A stretch of 64,000 bases of DNA from Octopus sinensis. Taxonomy: Eukaryota. The notes below the pieces were generated by a model. That model was not told the DNA's origin, did not search any database, and saw only the letters and a program-made list of their open reading frames with translations. Each line of letters opens with the position of its first letter. Within the stretch, counting starts at the first letter, position 1. The stretch spans positions 152,830,001-152,894,000 of the forward strand of contig NC_043000.1 in assembly GCF_006345805.1 (NCBI RefSeq), in the 5' to 3' direction. Below are positions 35,736-50,380 of the stretch, in pieces. The translations under genes were made by a program, and so were the position numbers.

Positions 35736-37420
35736 GTAATATAAATGGAAAATATCTTTCAAAGTTAATTTGTTTTTCTTGTATGGTGATCTCAGTTTTC
35801 TATGTGAAGCTATGTGGCTAAAGTTAGATTTTCTATGAGGACTGTTTCATTCAATTGTTTTTGCCATTATAGTAACCATATCAAAAGCTGGTCAGTTGCC
35901 ATGAGCAACCACTGTAAAAATAGTAAAACTCCTCGGCCAGTTGATATGATGAATTAAAAACATTTGAGATGTACATGAGGATTAATGTTATCTGTGATTA
36001 GATTCTGGCCCATATCAGGTAATATTCCTAGACTATCTGTTACCTATTCCAGACAACTAGCTGACCTGATATATATATAAAATGAATTGATTAGAGAGTA
36101 AAATTCCTGAAGCAAATTTGAAATCAAGACATTTTTTTTATTTTTTAATCTGAAGAAGGAAGTTTTATGACAAAGGCCTTTAAATGAGTTATTTATATTC
36201 ACAGCAGTGGGATAAGCTATGCCACTGCTTGGTGGAGCACCCCTTCACTCCCCGTCCTCTACTGCATCATAGAGTTTATACAGCATATTTGAAAAAGCAC
36301 TGTCTAGGGCAGACCATCCCCTTGTCCTCCCTTAGCTATGTGGCTGATGCATAGAGCCATTTTTGTTTTGGTACTGATAAGACTTCAGTAGATTTGGCAG
36401 TGATGTGGACAATCAAGCAAACTTAGAGACATACATTAAATTAAAGGATCTTTTCTTGCATTTGACAATGAGTTTTCACTTGTTCAATGAAGAGGATTAT
36501 CTCTTTAATGAATTATAGTGTTAATGACTTAATATTCCATGGATACTTGTACTTAAATTTAATCCTCAGATAGAATCAGTGTGACACTGTGTAACAATGC
36601 TGGCCTTTTGAATTACTGGTACGGCGCAGTCATCGGGCTTCCACAATTTTCATCTTATAGCAATTTTATCTGCAGTTCTACCCTTAGGTAAAAGGCTATT
36701 GTTGAAGATACCCACCCAATCTGTTATTCAGTCAGTTCGCCTTGGGCAGTTCTACTTTAGCCCCAGGCTGAGCAAAAGCATTGTAAGTGGATTTGGTAGG
36801 TGCAAACTGAAAAAGCCCATCATATATGTATGAATGTATGTGTGTATTTGTATCTCCTTATCTGGACATCACATGATAGTTGTAAATGAGCATCACCATC
36901 ATGCAAGCAGTGTCCTTCATTTCCAATCTTGCCCAACACAATTGACTTTCCGCTCTCCCCAAAATTTCAGGCCTTGTGCCTATTGTAGAAAGATTTTGTA
37001 ACAAACATTATACACACGACAGCAAGCAGACAGGATTGTTGGAGCGTTAAATAGAATACCTTGTGGTATTTGTTCGATGGTGTTACTAGAATGTGTGACG
37101 CCCACGGCAGCCCTTGTGTTTGCCATCCCCACCGCTTATACTAGCCTAAAAAGTGCTCCACCCTCATACAAGCGCCATCTGAGACGGACTGTCTCCTCAC
37201 AAAATCTCTCTGCTAGCTATGCTACTATGTTTGTTTCAACCTGCTGCTCTTAGGTAAAACATGTCTAGTCATGGGGAAACATTGCCTTGCTTGGAATCAA
37301 GTAAAGGTTGGTGATGGGAAGGGCATCTGGCCGTAGAAAGTCTGCATCAACAAATTCAGTCAGACTCATGAAATCATGGATAAGTGGACAATAAGACAAT
37401 GATGGTGATACTCTCTTTGC

Positions 37421-37816
37421 TCTCTTTTACTTGTTTCAATCATTTGACTGTGGCCATGTTGGAGCACTGCCTTTAGTCGAGCTAATCGACCCCAGGACTT
37501 ATTCTTTGTAAGCCTAGTACTTATTCTATTGGTCGCTTTTGCCGAACCACTAAGTTACCAGCATCGGTTGTGAAACGATGTTGGGGGAACAAACACAGAC
37601 ACACAAACATATACATACACACACACACATACATATATATACATATATATTCAATGGGTTTCTTTCAGTTTCCGTCTACCAAGTCCACTCACAAGGCTTT
37701 GGTCGGCCTGTGACTATAGTAGAAGACACTTACCCAAGGTGTCACGCAGTGGGACTGAACCCAGAACCATGTGGTTCGTAAGCAAACTACTAACCACACG
37801 GCCACTCCTACGCCTA
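37421..37816 (-). mobile_element. SINE family 1
   Basis: Reverse complement of the family sequence, with CpG decay. Confidence 0.85.
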
Positions 37817-38750
37817 TAAGCATGATGAGACAAATTCAGCTAAAGTTAAATTCTACTCTTACTGTAACTATTATGTCGATTGTCAGTGGGAACAATCCCA
37901 CTTACAGAACAGACCAAGTTCCCAGTTAAATAACAACCCTTGAATATATTGAAAATTCACTATTCCTGTTTCTTAATGTTCAATACCAAATTTTTGTTGA
38001 AGACAAAGGGAAAAATTTACAAACATCCTCAACTGTCACAAGATATTTGCAACATCCTTTTTCTCCTCTTTTGCTTTTCCAATATTAGTTGTCGGAGCAC
38101 TGCATCCTTCAAAACTTCCATGCTTCCTGAGATTCGCCAACACTACACCTGATTTTCTCCCCTCCATACACACGCAAGCATGTATCTGACCCAGACATTT
38201 GTACACTACTGCATGTACTTTATATGCACTTTCTGACAAGTTGTGGTGCACCTGAGCACTGTATACAATAATTTCATTATTATTATTATTATTATTATAT
38301 TAATAGTTATTGCCAAGGTAATATGGTAGTCCATAAATATAAGACTACCATATTAGCTTGGCGATAACTATTAATATCCAGTACCGCTGCCGTAATCTCC
38401 TTTAGAGAGACTTAGAAATTTAAAAATTTCTATTATTATATTCTTTTTCTTATTCTCTCCGTTCACATTCTGCACACCCATCACCTTTCTTGAAGGCTAA
38501 CATGGATTGGAGGAGTCTGCTTTCCAACTTCTCTTCATCTATTTCTGTTTTATATTATCTTTAGCATAGAATATATTCTCTAGTGGTAGCATGGAATAAA
38601 CTACTTATGTTGTTAACTACTGGGACTTGGCTTCCTTCAAAAAATTCTAAGCTTCTTGAAATTTGACATTGCTATTTCTGATGTGAATACACACCCTATT
38701 CTCCCCTTGGCCTATTTACTCTTTTCTGTCTTTTTTAAATTTTTTCCCCC

Positions 38751-38987
38751 GTGCTGGTGGCACGTAAAAAGCACCATCCGACCGTGGCCGTTTGCCAGCC
38801 CCGTCTGGCACGTAAAAAGCACCCACTGCACTCACGGAGTGGTTGGCGTTAGGAAGGGCATCCAGCCGTAGAAACATTGCCAGATCAGACTGGGCCTGGT
38901 GCAGCCTCCTGGCTTCACAGACCCCGGTAGAATCGTCCAACCCATGCTAGCACGGAAAGTGGATGTTAAACGACAATGATGATGATG
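38751..38987 (+). mobile_element. RTE LINE 3' UTR fragment
   Basis: Ends gttaaacgac...gatgatgat; inverse of 53112-53490. Confidence 0.8.
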
Positions 38988-39139
38988 TATACTGTGCATC
39001 TACTTTTGGCTTTTATTGCTGTCATTTTTCACTTGACTTGTTGCTTTCTGTCCCCTCTTTTACCCTTTTCCTATGAATTGTAGTGCATATGAGCACCACA
39101 ATAAGATTATTATTATTATTATCATTATTATTATTATTA

Positions 39140-39790
39140 CTATTATTGTGGTGAGCTGGCAAAATCGTTAGCACGCTGGCCAAAATGTTTAGTGGCATTT
39201 CGTTTGTCCTTCGTTTGTCAGATCTGAGTTCAAATTCCACTGAGGTTGATTTTTGCCTTTCGTCCTTTTGGTGGCTCTATAAAATAAGTACGAGTTGAAT
39301 ATTGGGGTGAATGTAATTGACTTAACTCCTCTCCTGAACTTGCTGGCCTTGTGCTAATATTTGAAACTGCCATTATTATTATTGTTAAGGTAGCAAGCTG
39401 GCAGAATCATTAGCATTCCAGACAAAATGTCTAATGACAGTTAATCTACCTTTACGCTCCAAGTTCAAATTCTGCTGAGGTCAGCTTGGCGTTTTTATCT
39501 TTCAGGGTAGATGAAATAGGTACCAGTTGAGCACTGGGGTTAATGTAATTGACTCCCCCTCTAAAATTGCAGGCCTTGTGTCTATAGTTGAAAGGATTAT
39601 TATCATTAAAGTGGTCAGCTGGCAGAGACATTAACATGCTTATCAAAATGCATAGTGGCATCTGGTTTTAACTGAGTTAAAATTCTGCCAAGGTCAGTTT
39701 TGCTTTACATCCTTTTGAGGTTGATAAAATAAGTACCAGTCAAGTACTGGGTCAATTTAATTTCCTAAACCACTTCCCCAAAGTTTTAGG
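39140..39790 (+). mobile_element. Array of older SINE family 2 copies
   Basis: Three units with (ATT)n spacers and CpG decay. Confidence 0.8.
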
Positions 39791-40807
39791 CCTTATCTTG
39801 TTCATGAGGCCCACTGTTCTAACCTAAGTGTTTTCTTCTAAATATTCCTTTGTTTTGCTAGACTATGAGCGATGGCTAGAAGTATATTGAGTTAAACTTC
39901 ATAACCAGCTGATCTAGCAAGCGGGGCCTCATATCAGTGAGGGATCTGGTGCGCATTGATGCTGTCGAGAGGTAGGCCCCGAAACGGCACGCATTCTCTC
40001 CTGATGACCCCATACACTTGCTGGCTTCCGGTATACGGAGCTTTTAACTGGTAGCACTTGCATGTGCAAGTTGTTTGCAAGACATCTATGAATACAAAAC
40101 CATTGTTGCATGACACTTGGAAACTATTGTTGCATGATGTTTTCTCAGAAAACATATGACAAATGTAATGGCATGTTGAGGGAAATCTTTAGAACTCAAA
40201 TATTTAAAATAGTTAGAAGAAATAGAATGTGAGCCCACAAGAGTGTCTCTACGTGGTCAATTGATCTCAGAGAAACAGAAGTCAAGTCTTCTCAGATCAT
40301 ATGTTACCATCATAAGGACATTCAAAAATGTAAGTCCTGCATTCTTTTAAAAAGATGGAATGGTCATGGCTGAATGGAATATCTTTGACCATAAGTCTGT
40401 TTGCTCAGTGTTGACCTGGGGTTAAATACCAAAAGCTGAAGTACTGTTTTTGTCAATGAGGGACCCTGCTTGTGGTCTCACAATATCTTTGAAGTTACAA
40501 GAAAGATACATTGAGTAATGTAGTCCTAGATAAACTTTACTTGAAAAAGAAAAACACCTTGCTGGTTAGCTGGAAGGATTTGATCATGGCTCTCACCTGG
40601 GGCAAAATAACAGCTGAAATAGAATTGGTATTTTTAGTTCTTATTCCCAAGTCTCAGATCTTGTACATGAAGATTAAGAAGTTACGAGTTTAACATATTG
40701 AGTTCTGCTTTGTGTTCTGTTACGTTTTTATTAATAATTCTTTAATAATTTATCCACACTTTAACTTTTCCCTTTTCTTTAATCATATTTAATTTAATTA
40801 ATTTCAG

Positions 40808-40886
40808 TGAGTGACACCTGTTTTTCAAAGAAAGCAGATGACAAAAGTGGAGCTGGTCTCCGTGCTCTCATTCTAGACGATCGAAT
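40808..40886 (+). CDS. GPHN: Gephyrin exon 2 (VSDTCFSKKADDKSGAGLRALILDDR)
   Basis: aatttcag|...GAAT|gtaagt; 79 nt; SD.C...D.SG motif of the G domain. Confidence 0.95.
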
Positions 40887-43294
40887 GTAAGTATTGTGGT
40901 GTCTAATTTTATTTGTTTTTGTTGATGTTTTTCTTATTGTTGACTATCCTATCCTCAGTCAATAATAAATATTTATGCTATCTGTTTATCCATCAGTTGA
41001 CTCCTGTGACGGTGGCTCGTAAAAAGCACCCACTACATTCTTGGAGTGGTTGGTGTTAGGAAGGGCATCCAGCTTTAGGAACATTGCCTGATTTTAAGTG
41101 TTACAAAAAGCAGAGCTACAAACACATCATTCTTATGCATTCTTATAGAAAATATCAAACGTATCACAATGAAGAGTTTCATCATCATTATAGTTTTAAT
41201 GTCTGTTTCTATGCTTGCGTGAGTTGGATGGAATGTTTTGAGATGGATTTTCAATGGCTGGGTGTCTCTCCTGTCACCAACCCTCATGGTGATAGTAACC
41301 CCATACATGCACGTACATATATAAACACAAATATCATCTTCATCATTTGAGGACCATGTCCCATGCTGGCATGGGTTGGATGGAGTTGATAGGATCTGAT
41401 ACGTCCAAGGACTGCATTGTGCTCCTGTTTCTATGGTTGAATGCCCTTCCTAACTCCAACCACTTTATAGCATGTATTTGGTGCTTGTTTCATTTCACCA
41501 GCATTATCAAGGTTTCCATGCAGCTTGCAGGACTATGAATCCCATGGGAGGTGGGGCCAGCATCATGCTAGGGGACAAAGGGATAAAGTATGAGTGAAGT
41601 GTGGTAGGGAGTCAGAACTGGTTCTTGAAGAGGATCTGCGTGGCTGCTCATATTTAGCAGATGAAAGGAGAGGAAGAGAAAATGGAAATGATCAGTAGGA
41701 GCAGCAAAGAAATAATGAGGATAGGGTGCTTGTGTGGCCCCTCAAATCACAAGGTGAGTAGAAGTGGATAAGTGGGTGATTCGCAAGATTGTTTGGGGAG
41801 GAGAAGATGAGGGAATAATGAGGTAGATTAACTGTAAAAATTGGGTAGGGTTGAAGGATGGATGATCAATGAACCCTCAGGTAAGGAAAGTAGAGGGATG
41901 TATAAGAGAGTAAGATGGGGCAAGTGTCAGGATAACAATGATGATAGAGTTGACAGGCAGAGTACAAGATAGATGACAGGGCTGGGTAGTCTGCAGGAGC
42001 CAGGGTGGTGTAGTGGGGTGGGGCATAATGATGGGCTTCTTTCAGTTTCCGTCAACCAGATCCATTCTCAAGGCTTTCATTGGCCTGGGGCTATAGTAGA
42101 AGACACTTGCTATGCAGTGGGACTTAATCCAAAACCACATGGTGGGGAAACAAACTTCTTATCATACAGCTATGCCTGTGCCTAATATTTTCAAGGAATA
42201 TCTGGATATCATTAAAAAAGGAAAAATGCATTCAAAAGTATTTAAAATGAGTGTGTGTGTGTACATTTTCTTGAGATCAATGCTACATAATTCTATTATA
42301 AAATTAGTTTTAATACCCAATCATCTTGGAACAAGCTTATAAACATTTTGTATCCTGTATGATATATATTTGGAAGATAATATAAACACAGAATGGGTTG
42401 AATGTTGGGTCTTCAGATTAAAAAAATATGAACGTGTCTCATTTCTCATCAAGTCTTTTACTATTACAAGTAAGACCTGACTGATCAAAACAGTTTATTT
42501 TCTTGCTAGAATATGAAACAAGTATGAGCAGGAGTTGTCCACCATCATAACCAAATAGTTAGGTCCTTTTTAGCCTGTTGAAATGTCAAACCGTTTTTGC
42601 TTCTTAGTCATAACACTGTTGGGCGTCTGAAGCACTTCCTCTGTGATACTATAATCTTGTTGGAATATTTCTTAGTCATAACTGTTTTGGGTGTTAACTT
42701 GTTTAGTTAAGGTTTGTTTTTTTTTCATATTTTTTTTAATCAGTAGATCTAATTTGTAAATAAAGAATAATTCATTAATTAATTAAAGTAAATAAATAAG
42801 ATAAAATGTGATTAAATAAATTTCTGTATGACTTTTTTGTTTGTTTGGCATACTGCTGTTTGCTGCTTGGGTTAAAAAAAAAGTGAGTGAGAGAGAGAGA
42901 GAGAGAGAGAGAGGGGCTATGAGCAAATTGTTCTTGAATAAGTTGGTAAGTAAACTAGAGTTTTCGAATGAGGGAGATGGCCTATTTTTAATTTTATTTG
43001 TGGAGTCCAAAATGTGCAACATGAGTACACTGTCCAGTATCCTGTGAGCAGAGTGAATTGTGAAGCAGTTGAGAGTTGTTTTCATGGGAACAGAAGTCTA
43101 AAGAATAAAGTAAACACATGTTCTTGGATTCATAAATGTAGTCTTAGTAAAACACGAAGAATTACTGGTTTTACTCTTATAGAAAGTAATAGAACATAAA
43201 TTTCTGTATTTTTATTATGATAATCCCTCCACTTCCCTAACAACTGGATCTATCTTATGACATTAGCAGTTGTCATTGGCATCGTCAAGGCAGT

Positions 43295-44810
43295 AGTGAG
43301 CTGGCAGAATCGTTAGCACACCGGACGAAATGCTTAGCGGTATTTCATCTGCCGTTACATTCTGAGTTCAAATTCCGCCGAGGTCAACTTGGCCTTTTAT
43401 CCTTTCAGGGTTGATTAAATAAGTACCAGTTATGCACTGGGGTAAATATAATTGACTTAATCCATTTGTCTGTCCTTGTTTGTCCCCTCTGTGTTTAGCC
43501 CCTTGTGGGTAGTAAAGAAATAGGTATTTTACCTCTTACTACATTTTGGGTTCAAATTCTGCTGAGTTTACCTTTCATCCTTTCAGGGTCAATAAATTAA
43601 GTACCAGTGAAACACTGATTAGATGTAACCGATTAATCCCCTCCCCCAAAATTTCAGGCCTTGTGCCTATTGTAGAAAGGGTTATTATTATTATTAAGGT
43701 TGCAAGTTGGCAGAATTGTTACTGTGCAAAAATGCTTAGCGGTATTTCGTCCATCTTTACATTCTGAGTTTAAATTCCGTCAGTGTTGACTTTGCCTTTC
43801 TTCCTTTCGGGGTCAATAAATTAAGTACCAGTGAAACACTGGGGGGTCAATGTGATCGACTGTTCTCCTCCCCACAAAATCCAATCCTTGTGCTTATGGT
43901 GGACCCGTTTGAAAGGGCTAAGGTCAGACATTTTCCTCTTTGGCCAAGGCCTCATCAACTTTTTCAAGTTACACTTGAAAAGGAAGATGAGAGTTGAGAG
44001 GGAAGTGCTGCCTGGTAGCAAGTTTATTGAAAGGTGGGTGAATGTCGCAAGAATGGCCAGTATGAACGGACCAATTCTGAGGATACACCTGTGAAAAATT
44101 AAAAGGAAATATAAAAGGAGAAAGGGGCTCTCTACCCCCATTTTGACCAGGTTCCCGTGGTTTTTATGGGTTTTTCCACGAGTAACCTTTCGAAGCGCCT
44201 CCCCCTATTGGGAATGTTAATTGTTACTTATATTTCGTTGTTATACTGCTTTTGTACATGGACCTTTTTTCAAACGGACAAAACCCTTTGTAACTTTCAT
44301 CCTGTGTTTTGTCCCTTTATGTTTTAATTGATTTTTGTTAGCCCTTGTGGCCAATAAACGAACGAATTATTATTATGGAAGTGTGCTGGCAGAACCATTA
44401 GCATGCTGGACAAAATGTTTAGTGGCATTTTGTTCATTGTTAGATCCTGAGTTCAAATACCACTGAGGTTGACTTGGTCTTTAATTCTTTCATGGTTGAT
44501 AAGATAAGTACCAGTGAAGTACTGGGGTCAATGTAATCAATGATCCCCTCCCTTCAGATTTCAGGCTTTGTGCCTATAGTAGAAAGGATTATTTTTAAGG
44601 TAGCAAGCTGGCAGTATCATTAGCACAATGGACAAAATGCTTAGCTGCATTACGTCCATCTTTAGGTTCAAATTTCAACAGTCACCTTTGACTTTTATCC
44701 TTTTGGGGTCAATAAAATAAGCCCCAGTCAAAAACTGAGGTCAATGTAATTGTCTTCTCCCATCCCCAAAATTACTGGCCTTGTGCCAACAATTGAAATC
44801 TTGGGAAATA
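43295..44810 (+). mobile_element. SINE family 2 arrays with an embedded Tx1/L1-type 3' end (about 43887-44373)
   Basis: WWTRLKGLRSDIFLFGQGLINFFKLHLKRKMRVERE followed by a UTR. Confidence 0.75.
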
Positions 44811-44811
44811 T

Positions 44812-45312
44812 CATGGATAATTTCCAGATGTCCTTGACCTGGCAGTGCTACTTTGGCGGAGGGGTGCTATTGGTTCAAGATAAACTCTGCAGGCATGGAT
44901 GGGCTGTCAGATGGTCTTGTCCGAGATGCATGCAGAGTGACGAAACCATTCTGCATAGACTTGTCCAGTGTCCAGGCATTGCTAACTTGTGGGGTTATGT
45001 TGAATAGCTACTGTCATGTGTTGGATGGATCCTTCTATCAGCTGAGTCTGTAGTGATGATTGCCCCGCTGCCCTCCTTCAATCAGGCAGGCAGGACAGTT
45101 TTCCTTTGCCTGGTGGCTGTCGCGAAAGAGGTTGTTTGGTGGACAAGGCCGAAAGGCATGAGGACAGATACATTCCTCTTTGGTAGAGATCTCATTGACT
45201 TCAAGTTTCACTTGAAAAAGAAATTGAGAGTGGAGAGGGAAGTGCTATCCTTGAGTGAATTTACTGGAAGGTGGGTGAAAGTTTTGAAAATAGCAAGGGT
45301 GGATGGTACCTG
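44812..45312 (+). mobile_element. Tx1/L1-clade LINE C-terminal fragment
   Basis: CPRC...ETILH.LVQC knuckle and the same C-terminal motif as 43887. Confidence 0.8.
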
Positions 45313-45315
45313 TGA

Positions 45316-45690
45316 GTCATCATCATCATCATCATCATCGTTTAACGTCCGTTTTCTGCGCTAGCACAGGTTGAACGGTTCGACCGGGGTCTGGGAAGCC
45401 AGGGGCTGCACCAGGCTCCAGTCTGATCTGGCAGTGTTTCTACTGCTGGATGCCCTTCCTAACGCCAACCACTCTGTGAGTGTAGTGGGTGCTTTTTACG
45501 TTCCACCTGCACAGGTGCCAGGGGAGTCTGGCATCAGCCACGATCGGTTGGTGCTTTTAACGTGCCACCGGCACGGAAGCCAGCCAAGGCGGCACTGGCA
45601 TCGGCCATGTTCGGATGGTGCTTTTTATGTGCCACCGGCACAGAAGCCGGTCGAGGCGGCGCTGGCATCGGCCAAGTTCGGATGGTGCTT
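45316..45690 (-). mobile_element. RTE LINE 3' UTR fragment
   Basis: (CAT)n then the family UTR. Confidence 0.8.
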
Positions 45691-45976
45691 TTTATGTGGA
45701 AGGAATTGGAGAGGGCACTTGCTCTTGGTGTTCAGGGAAATCTTGGATAGTGGGGTTCTTCGATTATCCATAAATGTCATCCTGTTTCTAGGGGGCTGCA
45801 TCTCTATCATCCTCTCCCCCTTTTTTAACCTTTGTATACTTGTATACTACATATTTGTCCATTCCATTTCATTGTATATTATGTATACTTAATTATTTTT
45901 TAATGAACCTCCACACTTTAGGCCTGACTTTGTAATGTCATCCTCATCCTTCGCCCTAGTGGCAAATAAATGAAAT

Positions 45977-46069
45977 CATTATTATTATTATTATTATTAC
46001 TACCATTATTATTATTATTATTATTACCATTATTATTATTATTATTACCATTATTATTATTATTATTAC

Positions 46070-46114
<45 letters not shown>

Positions 46115-46129
46115 TATTATTATTATTAC

Positions 46130-46165
<36 letters not shown>

Positions 46166-46189
46166 TATTATTATTATTATTATTATTAC

Positions 46190-46231
<42 letters not shown>

Positions 46232-46283
46232 TATTATTATTATTATTATTACCATTATTATTATTATTATTATTATTATTATG

Positions 46284-46363
<80 letters not shown>

Positions 46364-46545
46364 TATTATTATTATTATTATTACCATTATTATTATTATT
46401 ATTATTACCATTATTATTATTATTATTATTACCATTATTATTATTATTATTATTACCATTATTATTATTATTATATTATTATTACCATTATTATTATTAT
46501 TATTATATTATTATTACCATTATTATTATTATTATTATTATTATC

Positions 46546-46612
<67 letters not shown>

Positions 46613-46632
46613 TACCATTATTATTATATTAC

Positions 46633-46668
<36 letters not shown>

Positions 46669-46684
46669 ATTATATTATTATTAC

Positions 46685-46723
<39 letters not shown>

Positions 46724-46727
46724 TATT
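45977..46727. repeat. About 750-bp (ATT)n array punctuated by ACC
   Basis: Read directly. Confidence 0.98.
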
Positions 46728-47592
46728 CAGTAGTTTTATTTTTATTTTTATAGCGTGCTTTCACTTCACTACCGAGCGCAGCTCTGTGTGCCTTGGGTAT
46801 GTGCTGTGATTTGTTGTGATGCTCTGATGGTTATTGTATGGAAAGTGTTCTGCGTAGGATGTGTGCAGTGCCTAGTAGTGCAATTTTCTGTATGTTATAT
46901 GTTTTTGTAAGTCCTGGTGTTTTTGTTATGTATTTGTCTGAATATTTTTTTATCATGCCTAATGCACCTACTATGATAGGAATTGTTTCTGTTTTCAGAT
47001 TCCACATTCTAGTTACCTCTATTTCCAGGTCTTTGTATTTTGAGAGTTTCTCCATTTCTTTTAGAGACACGTTGTCATCTGCCGGTACTGATACATCAAT
47101 TAGAAAGCATTTTTTTTCTTCATGGTCTCTACAACTATATCTAGTCTGTTGGCCTTAATTTCTCTATCTGTGTGTATCGGCATATCCCAGAGTATGGTTG
47201 CTTTCTCGTTTTCTGTGACCTTTTCTGGTGTGTGCCTATACCATCTTTTTTCTTGTTATTATTCCATAATGTTGGCATAGCTTCCAATGTATGTAAGTTC
47301 CAACTCTGTCATGTCTGTGAATATATTCCTTCTTAGCCAGGACTGGGCAGCTAGAGATAATATGATTTATTGTTTTCTTGTCCATCTCCACATATTCTGC
47401 AGTGACTTGTAATATTTCTTTTCATTACATGTTTTTGGTAATTTCTGGTGGGGAGGCTTTGGTCTTGTGCTGCAATTAAAATCCCTCTGTTTCTGCTTTG
47501 AGTCCTGAGCTTCTCAACCATTGCTGGGATTTTTCTTTGTCTATTCTTTTGCGTTTAGTTTAGTCCATTAGAAAGAAATAGACAAGAAAACC
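46728..47592 (-). mobile_element. Dong/R4-type LINE 3' fragment
   Basis: CRICG...HII..C knuckle plus LIDVSVP...EKLSKYKDL; near-identical to 11001-11636. Confidence 0.92.
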
Positions 47593-47626
<34 letters not shown>

Positions 47627-47728
47627 TATTATTATTATATTATTATTATTATATTACCATATTATATTATTATTATTACCATTATTATTATTATTATTAT
47701 TATTACCATTATTATTATTATTATTACC

Positions 47729-47790
<62 letters not shown>

Positions 47791-48022
47791 AATTATTATT
47801 ACATTATTATTATTATTACCATTATTATTATTATTATTATTATTATTTACCATTATTATTATTATTATTACCATTATATTATTTTTATTATTATTATTAT
47901 TATGATATTATTATTATTATTAATTATTATTATTATTATTACCATTATTATGATTATTTTATTATTATTACCATATTATTATTATTATTATTATTATCCA
48001 TTATTATTATTATTATTATTAC

Positions 48023-48094
<72 letters not shown>

Positions 48095-48190
48095 TATTAT
48101 TATTATTATTATTATATTATTATTACCTTATTATTATTATTATTACCATTATTATTATTACATTATTACCATTATTATTTTATTATTACC

Positions 48191-48222
<32 letters not shown>

Positions 48223-48237
48223 TATTATTATTATTAC

Positions 48238-48276
<39 letters not shown>

Positions 48277-48352
48277 TATTATTATTATTCTTGTATTTAT
48301 TCTTATTATTATTATTATCATCATCATTATTATTATTACCATTATATTATTA
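47593..48352. repeat. About 760-bp (ATT)n array punctuated by ACC
   Basis: Read directly. Confidence 0.98.
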
Positions 48353-48354
48353 TT

Positions 48355-49030
48355 TTTGTTAAAGTGGCAGTTAGCAGAATTGTTAGCATGCTTGACGAAA
48401 TGCTGAGCAGTATCTTATCTGTTGCTATGTTCTGAGTTCAAATTCCATCAAGCTTGACTTTGCCTTTCATCCTTTTGGGGGTCAATAAATTAAGTACCAG
48501 TGAAACACTGGGGTCGGTGTATTCAATCAGTCCCCTCCCCATTAGTTTCAGGCCTTGTGCCTATAGTAGAAAAAAATTATTATTATTATTGAGGTGGTTA
48601 GCTGGCAGAATTGTTAGCATGCTGGATGAAATGCTTAGCAGCATTTTGCCTATTGCTACATTCTGAGTTCAAATTCTGACAAGGTTGGCTTTGCCTTTCA
48701 TCCTTTTGGGGTCGATAAGTTAAATACCAGTGAAACACTGGGGTTGATGAAATTGACTGGTCCCCTCCACCGAAATTTCAAGGCCTTGTGCCTTCAGTAG
48801 AAAGGATTATTATTATCATTACTATTATTTAGAATCATTCAACAAAAGGCCTTAAGATATTTGTTTCATCTCGTTATGTTAGGGGTTCAAATCTTACCAA
48901 GGTTAACTTTGCCTTTCATCCCTCTGGGGTTGGGCATCCATAAAATAAAGTACCAATCAAAAACGAAGTCCATTTTATTGACCAACACTTCCCCAACAAA
49001 TAATTTATGATTTTGTGCCTTTATTTGAAA
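48355..49030 (+). mobile_element. Array of older SINE family 2 copies
   Basis: Three units with (ATT)n spacers. Confidence 0.8.
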
Positions 49031-49310
49031 TTGTTATTATTATTATTATTACATTGTTACCAAAACAGTTCTTTGGCAGACATGCTAGTACTAAATCTAA
49101 ATACCTTGCTGTGTGGTTTTCAAAACTGCCAGAGTTAGTTTTGCTTTCAGCCACTCCAAGGTTGTTAAAGTAAAAGTGAAAAAATAGGCTTGAGAATTAA
49201 ATCAACTACTCTGTTTCCTTATTAATTTTTGGCTTTGTGTCACTGTTTGAAATTCTTTTTATACTTAAACTAAACAGCTGTTTATAATGTCCTTTGTTAT
49301 TGTTTTATAG

Positions 49311-49368
49311 TATTCCAGGTGTAGTTGAAGTACAACAAGTGGTTGCAGATGAACTACTTGAAATTAAG
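49311..49368 (+). CDS. GPHN: Gephyrin exon 3 (IIPGVVEVQQVVADELLEIK)
   Basis: tgttttatag|...AAG|gtttgt; 58 nt; V(A)DE..EIK aligns with VPDEIEEIK. Confidence 0.93.
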
Positions 49369-49507
49369 GTTTGTCTTAATTTTCTTGTATGTGTATGTAT
49401 ATATAGCGTGTAATGTATATATGTTTATTTATATGTTTGTGTATATGTGTGTGTGTGTGTATATATATATACACATACACACACATATATATATTTATAT
49501 ATTTGTG

Positions 49508-49542
<35 letters not shown>

Positions 49543-49706
49543 TTGTGTATGTATATATATGTATATATATACACAAACACACATATATATATATTTATAC
49601 GTTTGTGTATATGTTTGTGTGTGTATATATATTTTTGTGACCTCGTGTGTACCGTTGGCAATTTGTTTCCTTTGTTTTCCCTTCTCGGGATCTTTCCTTC
49701 TCCTAT

Positions 49707-49741
49707 GTTTCCGACGAAGAGCTCCACTCGAAACGTTAAAC
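49707..49741 (+). ncRNA. Minimal hammerhead motif, CCGACGA core variant
   Basis: gttt CCGACGA a gag ctcca ctc GAA ACGT T aaac. Confidence 0.7.
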
Positions 49742-49841
49742 CCTCCTTCTTCCCTTTCCTGAGCGTCCAATAATACTATATTTGTTCCACGTCCTTGCGT
49801 TGTTGTGTTTTTTTGTGTTTTCTTGTTTGGATTAACTATAT

Positions 49842-49873
<32 letters not shown>

Positions 49874-49949
49874 ATAACATGAGGGAATATTATTCCAAAC
49901 TTACAGGGAAAAATTAAATTTAGAAATACTAAATCAAATTTCACAAAAT

Positions 49950-49994
<45 letters not shown>

Positions 49995-50147
49995 TAGAAA
50001 AAAAACACCTATTATCAATTCAATAATGAAAAATTAAATTATATCATCTAAAAAATTACATATTATAGAAAGATTAAATATAAGATAAAACATATAACAA
50101 TGATTAAGTAATGTGCAAAATAATAAATAACACGTATATATTTGGTA

Positions 50148-50195
<48 letters not shown>

Positions 50196-50380
50196 GAGTG
50201 TATTTTACCTTGTTAACATTTAACACAGATAAATGAATGAATAGTTACCAGGACAGCAAAAATCTCACAAGTAAAGATGTTGTAACTCCTTGTTTATAAA
50301 GGTTGAAACTTCGTGTTTACGTTGAATATTTGAATAATATTTTTTGCTAAAATGTCGTATTGACAAGTTTCGTTTTTTCC

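Noticed and set aside
39975-40020. GAAAC...CTGATGA hammerhead-like words
   Set aside because: Flanks (cccc and cccc) cannot form stem II and there is no stem III with UH
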